From the NCBI GenBank assembly GCA_041659765.1, contig JBAZXR010000001.1:44537-108536 (forward strand): a DNA stretch of 64,000 bases, read 5' to 3'. Position numbers and translations under genes: made by a program. This DNA comes from Patescibacteria group bacterium. GTDB lineage: Bacteria; Patescibacteriota; Patescibacteriia; UBA9934. The notes beneath the pieces are model-generated. The model was not told the origin of the DNA and searched no databases. It saw nothing but the letters and a program-made list of their open reading frames with translations. The number at the start of each line of letters is the position of its first letter. Positions within the stretch are counted from its first letter, which is position 1. Below are positions 47,530 through 57,748 of this stretch, in pieces.

Positions 47530-48723
47530 ATGGCAGAGCAATTTGTGCGTGAAAAGCCACACGTTAACGTTGGCACTATTGGTCACGTTGACCACGGCAA
47601 GACCACTACGACCGCTGCTTTGACTGCTGTTTCAGCAGCCCGCGGCCTCGGTAAGACTAAGTCTTACGCTGATATCGCCAAGGGCGGTACGGTTCGTGAT
47701 GCGTCCAAAATCGTGACTATCGCTACCAGCCACGTTGAGTATTCCTCAGCCAAGCGCCACTACGCGCACGTTGACTGTCCAGGACACGCTGATTATGTGA
47801 AGAACATGATCACGGGTGCTGCTCAGATGGACGCCGCAATTTTGGTGGTTTCCGCCGCTGACGGTCCAATGCCTCAGACTCGCGAGCACATTCTTCTCGC
47901 TCGCCAGGTTGGTGTTCCGTACATCATCGTCTTCTTGAACAAAGTTGACCTTGTTGATGATCCAGAACTCCTTGACCTCGTTGAACAGGAAGTTCGTGAC
48001 CTTTTGACCAAGTACCAGTACCCGGGTGACACCACGCCAATTATCCGCGGTTCCGCCTCTAAGGCGCTTGAGAACCCAGCTGATGATACGGCTGCTAAGC
48101 CAATCCTTGATATTATCAAGGCCTTGGATGAATACGTTCCAGATCCAGTTCGTGATACCGAGAAGCCATTCTTAATGTCAGTGGAAGACGTGTTCTCCAT
48201 TGAAGGACGCGGTACGGTGGTCACCGGTCGTATCGATCGCGGTGTAGTTAAGGTAAACGACGAAGTTGAAATCGTTGGTCTTAAGGATACCCAGAAGACG
48301 GTAGTCACTGGCATCGAAATGTTCAACAAGTCCCTTGATTCCGGTATGGCCGGAGATAACGCCGGTGTTCTGTTGCGCGGCGTGAAGAAGACGGACGTTG
48401 AGCGCGGTCAGGTACTGGCCAAGCCAGGTTCCGTGACCCCTCACACTAAGTTTGAAGCTGAAATCTACGCTTTGACTAAGGAAGAGGGTGGTCGCCACAA
48501 GCCGTTCTTTAAGGGCTACAAGCCACAGTTCTACATCCGCACTACGGATGTAACCGGTGAAATTGAGCTCCCAGCAGGAACCGAGATGGTTATGCCAGGA
48601 GACACGGTTAACTGTGTCGTAACCCTCATGAGCACGGTTGCTCTTGAAGACAAGATGCGTTTCGCTATCCGCGAGGGTGGCCGCACGGTTGGTGCTGGTG
48701 TGGTTGTAAAAATTATTGAATAA
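47530..48723 (+). CDS. tuf: Elongation factor Tu
   Basis: [40 protein letters not shown]. Confidence 0.98.
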   Translation: MAEQFVREKPHVNVGTIGHVDHGKTTTTAALTAVSAARGLGKTKSYADIAKGGTVRDASKIVTIATSHVEYSSAKRHYAHVDCPGHADYVKNMITGAAQMDAAILVVSAADGPMPQTREHILLARQVGVPYIIVFLNKVDLVDDPELLDLVEQEVRDLLTKYQYPGDTTPIIRGSASKALENPADDTAAKPILDIIKALDEYVPDPVRDTEKPFLMSVEDVFSIEGRGTVVTGRIDRGVVKVNDEVEIVGLKDTQKTVVTGIEMFNKSLDSGMAGDNAGVLLRGVKKTDVERGQVLAKPGSVTPHTKFEAEIYALTKEEGGRHKPFFKGYKPQFYIRTTDVTGEIELPAGTEMVMPGDTVNCVVTLMSTVALEDKMRFAIREGGRTVGAGVVVKIIE

Positions 48724-48733
48724 TGTCCCACAT

Positions 48734-48763
48734 GTAGGGGCGGGTTTAAAGACTCGCCCCTAC
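48734..48763. repeat. GTAG-type REP-like palindrome between tuf and rpsJ
   Basis: GTAGGGGCGGGT-TTAAAG-ACTCGCCCCTAC. Confidence 0.7.
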
Positions 48764-48795
48764 CTCTGTAAACAATTGTCCTTTGTTCCCCTTGT

Positions 48796-49134
48796 ATGGC
48801 CGATAAAGAAAAGAAAACTGAAGGTGAGAAGGAGCAGCGGATTCGTATTAAGATCCGCGCCTATGACCACAAGGTCATTGATGCTGCCACGGTGACTATT
48901 ATCAAGACAGCGGAAAGAAGCGGGGCTAACGTGCTTGGTCCGGTGCCTCTGCCTACAGAACGCCGCCGCTACACGGTGAACCGTTCCACCTTCATTGATA
49001 AGCAGTCGCGTGATCAATATGAGATGCGTATCCATAAGCGTCTCATTGACATCATGAATCCTACGGAACGGACCATTGACGCTCTTATGAGCTTGAACCT
49101 TCCAGCCGGTGTCGACATCGAAATTAAAATGTAA
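48796..49134 (+). CDS. rpsJ: 30S ribosomal protein S10
   Basis: [34 protein letters not shown]. Confidence 0.98.
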   Translation: MADKEKKTEGEKEQRIRIKIRAYDHKVIDAATVTIIKTAERSGANVLGPVPLPTERRRYTVNRSTFIDKQSRDQYEMRIHKRLIDIMNPTERTIDALMSLNLPAGVDIEIKM

Positions 49135-49141
49135 CGTGCGC

Positions 49142-49434
49142 GTTCGGGATTGCGATCTCAGCATCAGCTCCGCTGGTACCGCGATCGCAATCTCGAACAA
49201 CCCCTCCTACAGTGAACCGGAAAGAAAGATCCTTTATTGGAAAACCTTCCCGACGCTTCATGCGGAGTTTGTGAGAGGAATTGCCTATTCACACCTGAAC
49301 AAATCAACCTGAATGTATTAGCTCATTCGAGCATTACTTCAGGCTATAGCCCCCAACTTCCTTTGTGGAGTGACGTGGCTGTAGTCTGTTTTTGTTCAAA
49401 ACGAACGTTCCGCCCACGGCTAACGTGGTGAACG
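49142..49434 (+). ncRNA. Candidate structured cis-regulatory RNA between rpsJ and rplC
   Basis: 16-bp hairpin 49142-49198, multibranch domain 49296-49398, hairpin 49406-49434; G-U pairs on the sense strand. Confidence 0.5.
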
Positions 49435-49442
49435 ATGATTCT

Positions 49443-50051
49443 ATGAAATATATCATTGGTACAAAACTCGAGATGACCCAGGCTTTCCGTCCGGACGGAT
49501 CGGCTGTGGCGGTGACTCTTATTTCTGCTGAGCCATGTACGGTGGCTCGTCTTGGAAAGGATGATTCAGGCCACTCCGTCGCCATCATTGGCGTCGGTAA
49601 GACCAAGCATCCGGCTAAGGCTCAAGCTAAGGAAGCGTTTGCACACATGCAGTCGCTTCGTCTCAAAGACGGCCAGACACTAGAAGTCGGTGCAGTCTTG
49701 TCCGTGAATGACTTTACCGTGGGCGACAAGATCACGGTCATTGGCACGAGTAAGGGCAAGGGCTTCCAAGGTGTGGTTAAGCGCCATGGATTCCATGGTC
49801 ACCCAACCACCCACGGTCACAAAGACCAGGTCCGTAAGTCTGGTTCCATCGGTGCGGGTGGCGTGCAGCGCGTGTTCAAGGGCATGCGCATGGCCGGCCG
49901 AATGGGTGGAGATCGGGTTACGGTGCAAAATCTTGAGGTCATCACCATTGATACAGAAAAGAACATTTTGGGTGTGATGGGCGCAGTTCCGGGCGCGCGC
50001 GGAGGTTCGATCACCATTCATGAAACTGACGGAAATGTATGGCACAAGTAA
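49443..50051 (+). CDS. rplC: 50S ribosomal protein L3
   Basis: K.EMTQ.F, SKGKGFQGVVKRHGF, RVFKGMRMAGRMG. Confidence 0.97.
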   Translation: MKYIIGTKLEMTQAFRPDGSAVAVTLISAEPCTVARLGKDDSGHSVAIIGVGKTKHPAKAQAKEAFAHMQSLRLKDGQTLEVGAVLSVNDFTVGDKITVIGTSKGKGFQGVVKRHGFHGHPTTHGHKDQVRKSGSIGAGGVQRVFKGMRMAGRMGGDRVTVQNLEVITIDTEKNILGVMGAVPGARGGSITIHETDGNVWHK

Positions 50052-50671
50052 AATGCTACACCTGGGATGGTAAAGATGCAGGCACGGTCTCCGTGTCTGA
50101 CAAGCTTTTTGCTGTGACACCAAAGCTGTCTGTTATTCATGATGTCATCGTGGCACAGGATGCTAACAGCCGGGTCATTCATTCTCACGCTAAGGATCGC
50201 TCTGAGGTTCGCGGCGGTGGACGAAAGCCATGGAAGCAGAAGGGTACTGGTCGTGCTCGCCACGGTTCTTCACGCTCACCAATTTGGATTGGTGGAGGTG
50301 TGACCCATGGTCCGCAGAGTGACCAGAACTTCTCTTTGAAGATCAACAAGAAAACCAAGCGCTTGGCGATGGCTATGTTGTTGACGGATAAGATGAACGA
50401 CGGTGCCTTTGTAGCTTTGGAAAACTATGCACTTCCAGAAGGGAAGACAAAGTTCGCAAACCAGATGCGCAAGGCGCTTCCGGGGGCAGGTAAATCCGCT
50501 CTCGTACTCTTGACTGTTGGCGACGACGTTATGCTCCGCGCAGCCAAGAACTTGCCTAAGACAAAGACTATGTACGCCCACAGCTTGAACGCTCGTGATT
50601 TGGCTAAGTATGCTTTCGTCTTGGCTTCCAAGACCGCTATTGAGACTCTTGAACACACTTTTGCTCTCTAA
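50039..50671 (+). CDS. rplD: 50S ribosomal protein L4
   Basis: RSEVRGGGRKPWKQKGTGRARHGS. Confidence 0.97.
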   Translation: MAQVKCYTWDGKDAGTVSVSDKLFAVTPKLSVIHDVIVAQDANSRVIHSHAKDRSEVRGGGRKPWKQKGTGRARHGSSRSPIWIGGGVTHGPQSDQNFSLKINKKTKRLAMAMLLTDKMNDGAFVALENYALPEGKTKFANQMRKALPGAGKSALVLLTVGDDVMLRAAKNLPKTKTMYAHSLNARDLAKYAFVLASKTAIETLEHTFAL

Positions 50672-50672
50672 T

Positions 50673-51098
50673 ATGGCGATCTTCAAAAAGAAAACAGCAG
50701 TGCCAGTGGAAGCCGATGTGAAGACAGAGGCTCCGAAGGAGGTTAAGAAAACAGCTCCTAAGGCGAAGAAAGAAGAAAAGCGCGATGTACTTAAGGCACA
50801 GGGTGGTGCAGTTTCTGCTTTGGCCGCCCGGACGCTTTTGGCTCCGCTCGTAACGGAGAAGACGGCACATTTGGCTGATGCTGGTGTTTACGCTTTCCGT
50901 GTTCCGCTTAATGCTAATCGTGTAGCTGTACGCGCTGCTTTTAAGGAGCTGTACAAAGTGGCACCAGCTAACGTGAATATCATGCGTGTGCACGGTAAGG
51001 AATCTAAGTCTGGACGTTTCGCTTCTCGGGCTTCAGATTGGAAGAAAGCTATGATCACTCTTCCAGCTGGTTCTCGGGTAGACATTTTTGCGCTCTAG
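50673..51098 (+). CDS. rplW: 50S ribosomal protein L23 with N-terminal extension
   Basis: PLVTEK, YAFRV, WKKAMITL. Confidence 0.93.
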   Translation: MAIFKKKTAVPVEADVKTEAPKEVKKTAPKAKKEEKRDVLKAQGGAVSALAARTLLAPLVTEKTAHLADAGVYAFRVPLNANRVAVRAAFKELYKVAPANVNIMRVHGKESKSGRFASRASDWKKAMITLPAGSRVDIFAL

Positions 51099-51099
51099 T

Positions 51100-51948
51100 A
51101 TGCCAATCACCAACTATAAACCAACAACTGCAGCTCGCCGGAAGTCCAGCGTGCAGTCATTCAAAGACGTCACGAGCTCAACGCCCCTGAAGTCACTTTT
51201 GAAGTCCCGCAAGGAACAGGCTGGCCGCGGTGCCGGTGGTAAGATCACCGTTCGTCATCGTGGCGGTGGTGGACGTACGCACGTTCGCGTGATTGACTGG
51301 AAATTTGATCGCTTGAATATTCCAGCCAAGGTCCAGACCATTGAATACGATCCAAACCGCGGTGCTCGTTTGGCGCTTCTGGCCTATGCCGATGGTTTGC
51401 GCGTTTACGTTCTTGCTCCACACGGTCTGACAGTCGGGATGACCGTAGTATCTAGCAAAGAGAAGGGCGAGCCGTCCGTTGGCAACCGTTTCCCGCTTGA
51501 AAAAATTCCAGTCGGTATGCAGGTTCATAACATTGAACTTCAGCCAGGCGGAGGCGGACAGATTGTCCGTGGTGCCGGTACGTCAGCTGAGCTCCTCGCT
51601 ATTGAGGGAGATCACGCGACGCTCCGCTTGCCTTCCGGCGAAGTTCGCCGAGTACTAAAGGTTTGCATGGCGACCATTGGTACTGTTTCTAACCCAGATT
51701 GGAGCTTGGTGCGCTGGGGCAAGGCTGGTCGTACGCGTTGGCGCGGTATTCGCCCAACCGTTCGTGGTAAAGCCATGAACCCGGTTGATCACCCACACGG
51801 TGGAGGTGAAGCTAGAAACTCTATTGGTCTCAAGCATCCGAAGACGCCAACCGGTAAGCCGGCCCTCGGAGTGAAGACTCGCAAAGAGCAGGCTTCAGAC
51901 AGAATGATTGTCCGCCGTCGGAATCACGATAAGAATCGCGCAGTGTAA
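51100..51948 (+). CDS. rplB: 50S ribosomal protein L2
   Basis: ITVRHRGGG, IEYDPNR, RPTVRGKAMNPVDHPHGGGE. Confidence 0.98.
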   Translation: MPITNYKPTTAARRKSSVQSFKDVTSSTPLKSLLKSRKEQAGRGAGGKITVRHRGGGGRTHVRVIDWKFDRLNIPAKVQTIEYDPNRGARLALLAYADGLRVYVLAPHGLTVGMTVVSSKEKGEPSVGNRFPLEKIPVGMQVHNIELQPGGGGQIVRGAGTSAELLAIEGDHATLRLPSGEVRRVLKVCMATIGTVSNPDWSLVRWGKAGRTRWRGIRPTVRGKAMNPVDHPHGGGEARNSIGLKHPKTPTGKPALGVKTRKEQASDRMIVRRRNHDKNRAV

Positions 51949-51954
51949 ACCCCT

Positions 51955-52284
51955 ATGACCCGAAGTCTAAAAAAAGGCCCGTTCGTAGCCGACCACCTTC
52001 AGAAGAAGGTGGACAAGCTTCGCCCAGGAGATAAGACGGTCGTGAAGACCTGGTCTCGCTCCTCCACCATCACTCCACAGATGGTTGGGTTTACGTTTGC
52101 TGTGCACAACGGTAAGGATTTCATTCAGGTGCGAGTTGTTGAAAACATGGTCGGCCACAAGCTAGGCGAGTTTTCTCCAACGCGTAAGTTTGTTCGCCAC
52201 GCTGGCAAGATGGTTGCTGCTGAAGCAGCACCAGCTCCGGCCGCGGCCGCTGCCCCGGCAGCAGCTAAGAAGATCAGCCGATAA
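51955..52284 (+). CDS. rpsS: 30S ribosomal protein S19
   Basis: [22 protein letters not shown]. Confidence 0.98.
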   Translation: MTRSLKKGPFVADHLQKKVDKLRPGDKTVVKTWSRSSTITPQMVGFTFAVHNGKDFIQVRVVENMVGHKLGEFSPTRKFVRHAGKMVAAEAAPAPAAAAAPAAAKKISR

Positions 52285-52292
52285 ATTGCCAT

Positions 52293-52694
52293 ATGGAAGC
52301 TATCAGCAAAGCAAAATTTATCCGCATCGCTCCTCGAAAGTCTCGCCTGGTGGTGAGCCTCATTCGGGGGATGTCTATCGGCGCTGCTCGCCGCCAGCTT
52401 ATGGTGTCTGACAAACTCGCGGCGACGCCAGTTTTAAAGGCGCTGAATTCGGCCATTGCCAACGCCGTGAACAACCTCAAGATGGATGAATCCACCCTGG
52501 TTGTTTCTAAGGCGTACGTGGATGAGGGGCCGAAGATTAAGCGTTCCACGCCCCGCGCGCAGGGTCGGGCTACACCGATTCGCCTCCGTATGTCGCACAT
52601 CACCATTGCGGTCTCTGGACCGGATGAAGCGACGAAGGTGAAAAAAGTGACGGCGAAGAAATCTGTAGTAAAAGCTCAAACGACAACCGCCTAA
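52293..52694 (+). CDS. rplV: 50S ribosomal protein L22
   Basis: IRIAPRK, SAIANA, PRAQGRA. Confidence 0.97.
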   Translation: MEAISKAKFIRIAPRKSRLVVSLIRGMSIGAARRQLMVSDKLAATPVLKALNSAIANAVNNLKMDESTLVVSKAYVDEGPKIKRSTPRAQGRATPIRLRMSHITIAVSGPDEATKVKKVTAKKSVVKAQTTTA

Positions 52695-52695
52695 T

Positions 52696-53430
52696 ATGGG
52701 TCACAAAGTCCATCCAAAAGCATTCCGTCTCGCCACCATTTACACTTGGGATTCCAAGTGGTTTGCCCGTGGCGGACAATTTATTTCTCAACTGAAAGAA
52801 GACGTTGAGCTCCGCGAATTCCTCCGCAAAGAACTGAAGGAAGCCGGTCTGAACGATGTCGGTATTGAGCGTACGCCGAAACAGTTGACCATCACGGTCC
52901 ATGTTGCAAAACCAGGTTTCGTGATTGGCCGTTCCGGTGCCGGCATTGAGGATCTAAAGAAGAAGATCATGAAGGCCTTCTTCCGCGGTCGCCGGGTCAC
53001 GCTGAACATCAACGCGACTGAGGTTTCTCGCCCGTCTCTTTATTCACAGATTATTGGCGAACAGATCGCTCAGGACATTGAACGCCGTCTCCCGTTCCGT
53101 CGGTCCATGAAAATGGCCATTGAACGCGTCATGAAGGGCGGAGCCAAGGGAGTTAAGATGACCCTGTCCGGACGTTTGAACGGAGCAGAAATCGCTCGTA
53201 CGGAAACGCTGTCCCAGGGTTCTATCCCGCTTCATAACTTGCGCGCCGACATTGACTTCGCTCGCGTGCGAGCGAACACGGTTTACGGTGTCATTGGTAT
53301 CAAAGTGTGGGTTTACCGCGGCGATGTTTTTGAAAAGGATAAGGCCGCTGAAGCTACCCAGTCCGCAGAAACGGCTCCGGAAGCCTCAAAACGTGCAGCT
53401 CCTACTCGCTACCGCGCACCTCGCGCCTAA
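52696..53430 (+). CDS. rpsC: 30S ribosomal protein S3
   Basis: MGHKVHP, SGRLNGAEIAR, PLHNLRADID, YGVIGIKVW. Confidence 0.98.
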   Translation: MGHKVHPKAFRLATIYTWDSKWFARGGQFISQLKEDVELREFLRKELKEAGLNDVGIERTPKQLTITVHVAKPGFVIGRSGAGIEDLKKKIMKAFFRGRRVTLNINATEVSRPSLYSQIIGEQIAQDIERRLPFRRSMKMAIERVMKGGAKGVKMTLSGRLNGAEIARTETLSQGSIPLHNLRADIDFARVRANTVYGVIGIKVWVYRGDVFEKDKAAEATQSAETAPEASKRAAPTRYRAPRA

Positions 53431-53443
53431 CTGACCCTGTCCT

Positions 53444-53854
53444 ATGCTACTCCCCAAAAAAATGAAATATAGAAAGTGGCAAAAGCGACGCACCGCTGGT
53501 GATCGCGTTGCCACCCAGAAAACGGACGTTGCTTTCGGCTCCTTTGGCTTAAAAGCTATTACGGAGGCCTGGGTAACGGCTCGCCAGATTGAAGCTGCCC
53601 GCCGCGCGATGACGCGTGCGATTAAGCGCGGTGGAAAAATTTGGATCCGTATTTTTCCTGACCATCCGGTCACTAACCATGGCGCAGAAGCTCCGATGGG
53701 TAAGGGAAAGGGTGGAGTGGACTACTACATGGTTCCTGTCCGCGCCGGCACTGTCATGTTTGAGATGGACGGGGTGACGCCTGAGGTAGCTAAAGAGGCT
53801 TTCCGTCTGGCAGCTTACAAGCTCCCGGTTAAGACAAAGATTATTTCCCGCTAA
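53444..53854 (+). CDS. rplP: 50S ribosomal protein L16
   Basis: [29 protein letters not shown]. Confidence 0.98.
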   Translation: MLLPKKMKYRKWQKRRTAGDRVATQKTDVAFGSFGLKAITEAWVTARQIEAARRAMTRAIKRGGKIWIRIFPDHPVTNHGAEAPMGKGKGGVDYYMVPVRAGTVMFEMDGVTPEVAKEAFRLAAYKLPVKTKIISR

Positions 53855-53855
53855 T

Positions 53856-54044
53856 ATGCGCTATAAAGAACTTGACGGTAAAACCGAAAAAGAGCTCCAG
53901 GCGCTAATGGCGGAGGGGAGAGCCAGAATCCACGCGCTCAGATTGAGCCGTTCCATGAACCAGCTAAAAGGCGTGCGGGAAATCAGACAGGTTAGAAAAG
54001 ATACGGCTCGCATGATGACCAAGTTGTCCGCTTTGAAGAAGTAA
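53856..54044 (+). CDS. rpmC: 50S ribosomal protein L29
   Basis: Operon position; IRQVRKDTAR. Confidence 0.9.
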   Translation: MRYKELDGKTEKELQALMAEGRARIHALRLSRSMNQLKGVREIRQVRKDTARMMTKLSALKK

Positions 54045-54045
54045 T

Positions 54046-54300
54046 ATGCCTAACGAAACCAAAAAAATCACCCGCCGCCGCTTGATCGGTACGGTCGTCT
54101 CTACTAAGATGATGAAAACCGTATCCGTTCGAGTTGACCGCACCGTGATCCATCCTAAGTACGGTAAGCGCTACGCTGTGAGCGCTAAGTACTTGGCGCA
54201 CAACGAATCTCCAGACATCCAGGCTGGTGATAAGGTTGTGATTGAAGAAACCAGACCACTGTCTGCGCTTAAGCGCTGGAGAGTAGTCAGTAAAGCCTAA
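54046..54300 (+). CDS. rpsQ: 30S ribosomal protein S17
   Basis: [26 protein letters not shown]. Confidence 0.97.
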   Translation: MPNETKKITRRRLIGTVVSTKMMKTVSVRVDRTVIHPKYGKRYAVSAKYLAHNESPDIQAGDKVVIEETRPLSALKRWRVVSKA

Positions 54301-54305
54301 GCCCT

Positions 54306-54677
54306 ATGTTGCAACACCGATCAATGATCGCCGTGGCTGACAACAGCGGCGCCAAAAAGCTCCAGGTCATTCGTGTCCTGGGTGGCTACAAGAAGCGTTA
54401 TGCCCGTTTGGGCGACGTCGTGACTGCTGTCGTGAAGGTCGCTGACCCGCACAACCCAGTCAAAAAGAGCGACGTAGTGCACGCGGTGATTGTCCGCTCA
54501 CGCAAAGAAGTACGCCGTGAAGACGGCTCCTACATCCGCTTTGATGAGAACGCAGCTGTTCTGATCAATCGTGAAACAGGAGATCCTCGCGGAACACGTA
54601 TCTTTGGACCAGTGGCTCGCGAGTTGCGCGCTGGTGGTTTCACTAAAATTGTGTCCTTGGCCCCTGAAGTCCTCTAA
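54306..54677 (+). CDS. rplN: 50S ribosomal protein L14
   Basis: [36 protein letters not shown]. Confidence 0.98.
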   Translation: MLQHRSMIAVADNSGAKKLQVIRVLGGYKKRYARLGDVVTAVVKVADPHNPVKKSDVVHAVIVRSRKEVRREDGSYIRFDENAAVLINRETGDPRGTRIFGPVARELRAGGFTKIVSLAPEVL

Positions 54678-54687
54678 TCCATCTACT

Positions 54688-55020
54688 ATGAAAATCAAAA
54701 CAGGCGACATGGTTCGCGTCATGGTAGGGAAGGATAAGGGTAAAGAAGGCAAAGTGACTCAGACGTTTCCAGAACTTGGTCTGGTGGTAGTAGAGGGCGT
54801 GCGCCTCACGGTCAAGCACATCTCGCCTAAGCGGATGAAGCAGCAGGCGGGGGCAGCTAAACCAGAAGGACAGAAGGTGACTTACAGCGCTCCGATCCGA
54901 GTAGAGAACGTGGCGGTGGTGTCTGGCGGTACGGTTGGTCGGGTTGGCTACAAAGTGACGGAAGGCGGTCAGAAGACACGCGTCCTTCACTCAAAGAAAT
55001 CGGTCAAAGACATTGGCTAA
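54688..55020 (+). CDS. rplX: 50S ribosomal protein L24
   Basis: MKIKTGDMVRVMVGKDKGK KOW motif. Confidence 0.95.
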   Translation: MKIKTGDMVRVMVGKDKGKEGKVTQTFPELGLVVVEGVRLTVKHISPKRMKQQAGAAKPEGQKVTYSAPIRVENVAVVSGGTVGRVGYKVTEGGQKTRVLHSKKSVKDIG

Positions 55021-55022
55021 TT

Positions 55023-55580
55023 ATGCAAACTCTTAAGGAACAATTTACGACCGTAGTTCAGCCGGCTCTCCGCCAGGAGTTTGGTTTGACTAACGTTCAC
55101 GAAACCCCAACCATCTTGAAAGTGACGCTGAATGCCGGCTTTGGCAAAGGCAAGGATGCGAAGTTTTCTGATGTGGTGGTAGACACTTTCCGTCGTATCA
55201 CTGGCCAGCAGCCAGTCAAAACCAAGGCCCGCAAGTCCATTGCTGGATTCAAGGTTAGAGAAGGTATGGTGGTTGGCGTGACAGTTACCCTGCGCGGTAA
55301 GAAGATGTGGGACTTCTTAGAGAAGCTGTCTCGCGTGTCATTCGCTCGTATTCGTGACTTCCGAGGTATCCCGGAATCGGCGGTAGATAAGGATGGAAAC
55401 TTCAACTTCGGCATGAATGAACACACGTCGTTCCCGGAGATTCTGCCAGATGAAGTAGAATCACTGCACGGTCTCCAGATCACGATCACTACTACCGCCA
55501 AGAATCATGCGGAAGGAGTAGCGCTCATGAGGGGCCTCGGGTTCCCATTTGCTACGAAAGAGAAAATCAGCCGAGCCTAA
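55023..55580 (+). CDS. rplE: 50S ribosomal protein L5
   Basis: ITGQQP, ARKSIAGFKVREG, RIRDFRG. Confidence 0.97.
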   Translation: MQTLKEQFTTVVQPALRQEFGLTNVHETPTILKVTLNAGFGKGKDAKFSDVVVDTFRRITGQQPVKTKARKSIAGFKVREGMVVGVTVTLRGKKMWDFLEKLSRVSFARIRDFRGIPESAVDKDGNFNFGMNEHTSFPEILPDEVESLHGLQITITTTAKNHAEGVALMRGLGFPFATKEKISRA

Positions 55581-55583
55581 CCT

Positions 55584-55769
55584 ATGGCAACAACGAACCA
55601 AATTGCTAAGTCCAAGAAGACGCCTAAGTTCATGACCCGCCACGTACTACGGTGCTGGCGCTGTGGCCGAAAGCGTTTCTTCATGCGGGACTTCGGCTTG
55701 TGCCGCATCTGTTTCCGTGAACTTGCAAACGTGGGCGAGATCCCAGGCATTCGGAAAGCTAGCTGGTAA
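55584..55769 (+). CDS. rpsN: 30S ribosomal protein S14, Zn-binding type
   Basis: RCWRCGR...LCRICFRE...IPGIRKASW. Confidence 0.96.
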   Translation: MATTNQIAKSKKTPKFMTRHVLRCWRCGRKRFFMRDFGLCRICFRELANVGEIPGIRKASW

Positions 55770-55773
55770 TCCT

Positions 55774-56169
55774 ATGATGACAGACCCAATCTCAGACATG
55801 CTCACCCGCATCCGCAACGCCGCCATGGTGAAAGCGGAGGTGGTCACCATGCCCCTCTCACAAATGAAATTCGCTTTGGCGAAGATTCTAGAGAGCGAGG
55901 GCTTCCTTCAGGCTGTCAGCCGGGAGGAGCAGGGCGGACGCCCCATCTTGAAGGTGGAGCTTCGCTATGAACCGAATGGTTCACCCCGCGTCTCGGACTT
56001 GAAGCGCATTAGTAAGCCAGGCCGCCGTGTTTATGTGAAGGCGACTGAGCTGACTCGTGTCCGTTCAGGTTTTGGTATTGCGATTCTTTCAACCCCGAAC
56101 GGACTCATGACGAGCGACGAGGCAAAGAAACGGCATTTGGGCGGAGAACTTATTTGCGAAATTTACTAA
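55774..56169 (+). CDS. rpsH: 30S ribosomal protein S8
   Basis: TDPISDMLTRIRN, RISKPGRRVY, GGELIC. Confidence 0.97.
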   Translation: MMTDPISDMLTRIRNAAMVKAEVVTMPLSQMKFALAKILESEGFLQAVSREEQGGRPILKVELRYEPNGSPRVSDLKRISKPGRRVYVKATELTRVRSGFGIAILSTPNGLMTSDEAKKRHLGGELICEIY

Positions 56170-56170
56170 T

Positions 56171-56728
56171 ATGTCGCGAATCGGCAAAAAACCAGTTTTC
56201 CTCCCCGCCGGTGTAACCGCGGAGATCGCAAACGATAAAGTTACTGTAAAGGGTCCAAAGGGGGCTTTGACCTTGGCTCTTCACGCTCACGCTCACGTGG
56301 CCCAGTCTGCTGATAGCACTGGCATGGCTCAGCTTGATGTTACGGTGAATGATCCGGAGAATGACGACCGAGCCATCTGGGGTACCATGCGCGCACTTCT
56401 GAATAAGATGGTGAAGGGCGTGACTGAAGGCTACGCTAAGACACTCGAGCTCAATGGAGTTGGTTTCAAGATGAACTTGAAAGGCAAGGGACTCCTCATG
56501 TCACTTGGCTTCTCCCATGACGTAGAATACGAATTGCCAGAAGGCGTCGTAGCTAAGATCGAGGGGAACGTTCTGACGCTGTCCGGCATTGACGCGGAGG
56601 CAGTCGGTCGAGCAGCGGCAGAGATTCGCTCGCTCAAGAAGCCGGAACCATATAAAGGAAAAGGCTTTAAGTACTCTGACGAAGTGATTCGTCGTAAGGC
56701 TGGAAAGGCTGCGAAGAGCGAGAAATAA
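56171..56728 (+). CDS. rplF: 50S ribosomal protein L6
   Basis: [27 protein letters not shown]. Confidence 0.97.
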   Translation: MSRIGKKPVFLPAGVTAEIANDKVTVKGPKGALTLALHAHAHVAQSADSTGMAQLDVTVNDPENDDRAIWGTMRALLNKMVKGVTEGYAKTLELNGVGFKMNLKGKGLLMSLGFSHDVEYELPEGVVAKIEGNVLTLSGIDAEAVGRAAAEIRSLKKPEPYKGKGFKYSDEVIRRKAGKAAKSEK

Positions 56729-56732
56729 GCAT

Positions 56733-57092
56733 ATGACCCCAAAGAACATCCAAAAAAAGCGTGCACAGGCTGAACGCCGCGCTATCCGCACTCGCGCTAA
56801 GATCTCCGGAACCACGGAGCGACCGCGCTTGTCTATCTTCCGATCTTCTAAGCACATGAGTGCTCAGGTTATTGATGATACAAAGGGCAAGACTTTGGCC
56901 TCTGCTTCTGATCTGAAGATGGATGCCAAGAAGACAGGCCTGGAATTAGCGGCGATGGTTGGCCAGGAAGTGGCCGCCAAAGCCAAGGCTGCCGGCATCA
57001 CGAAAGTCGTTTTTGATAAAGGCCAATTCCGTTTCCACGGGCGCGTAAAGGCGCTCGCTGAGGCGGCTCGTGAAGGCGGACTTGTATTCTAA
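56733..57092 (+). CDS. rplR: 50S ribosomal protein L18
   Basis: [32 protein letters not shown]. Confidence 0.97.
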   Translation: MTPKNIQKKRAQAERRAIRTRAKISGTTERPRLSIFRSSKHMSAQVIDDTKGKTLASASDLKMDAKKTGLELAAMVGQEVAAKAKAAGITKVVFDKGQFRFHGRVKALAEAAREGGLVF

Positions 57093-57096
57093 TCCT

Positions 57097-57747
57097 ATGG
57101 AAGAACCAACAAAAATTGTTACTCCAGTAGTTGCTCCGGCTCCTGCCGGACAAGCTCCTCGCACGACTGATCGTCGCGGACCTCCGCAGCGCGGTGGTGC
57201 TGGTGCTGGCCGTGGTGGTCAGGGTCAAGGTGGTCGGGGCGGAGATAGCCGCGGACGCGGACCTCGCACCGGTGGCCGCCCAGAACGTGAACCACGCGAA
57301 TTCGAGCAGAAGATTCTAGAACTTGTTCGCGTTACTCGCGTGACCAAGGGCGGTAAACGCATGCGTTTCCGCGCCTCTATTATCATCGGCGACCGTCGTG
57401 GTCGGGTGGGCTTTGGCGTAGCAAAGGGTGTTGACGTGGCTATGTCTGTAGAGAAAGCTTTCCGTCAGGCTAAGAAGAACATGATCACAGTGCCGCTCGT
57501 CAACGAGACTATTCCGCACGAGGTATATAGCAAGTACGCCGCAGCTAAAGTGCTTTTGAAGCCAGCACCTAAGGGTACTGGACTCAAGAGCGGCGGCCCG
57601 ACCCGCATGGTGCTTGAACTGGCTGGTGTTCCGAACGCAGTTTCTAAGCTTCTTGGAGCCAAGAACAAGATCAACAGTGCTAAGGCCACCTTCTTGGCAC
57701 TCAGTGCTTTGAAAATGCCTCTGCCAAAGGAGAACGCAAAGAAATAA
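57097..57747 (+). CDS. rpsE: 30S ribosomal protein S5 with RG-rich N-extension
   Basis: RVTRVTKGGKRMRF, GRVGFG.AK, LKPAPKGTG. Confidence 0.96.
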   Translation: MEEPTKIVTPVVAPAPAGQAPRTTDRRGPPQRGGAGAGRGGQGQGGRGGDSRGRGPRTGGRPEREPREFEQKILELVRVTRVTKGGKRMRFRASIIIGDRRGRVGFGVAKGVDVAMSVEKAFRQAKKNMITVPLVNETIPHEVYSKYAAAKVLLKPAPKGTGLKSGGPTRMVLELAGVPNAVSKLLGAKNKINSAKATFLALSALKMPLPKENAKK

Positions 57748-57748
57748 T

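Noticed and set aside
49174-49183. TGGTACCGCG T-box-like motif after rpsJ
   Set aside because: It lacks the flanking antiterminator helix and terminator, lies inside a different long hairpin, and the downstream gene is not amino-acid related.
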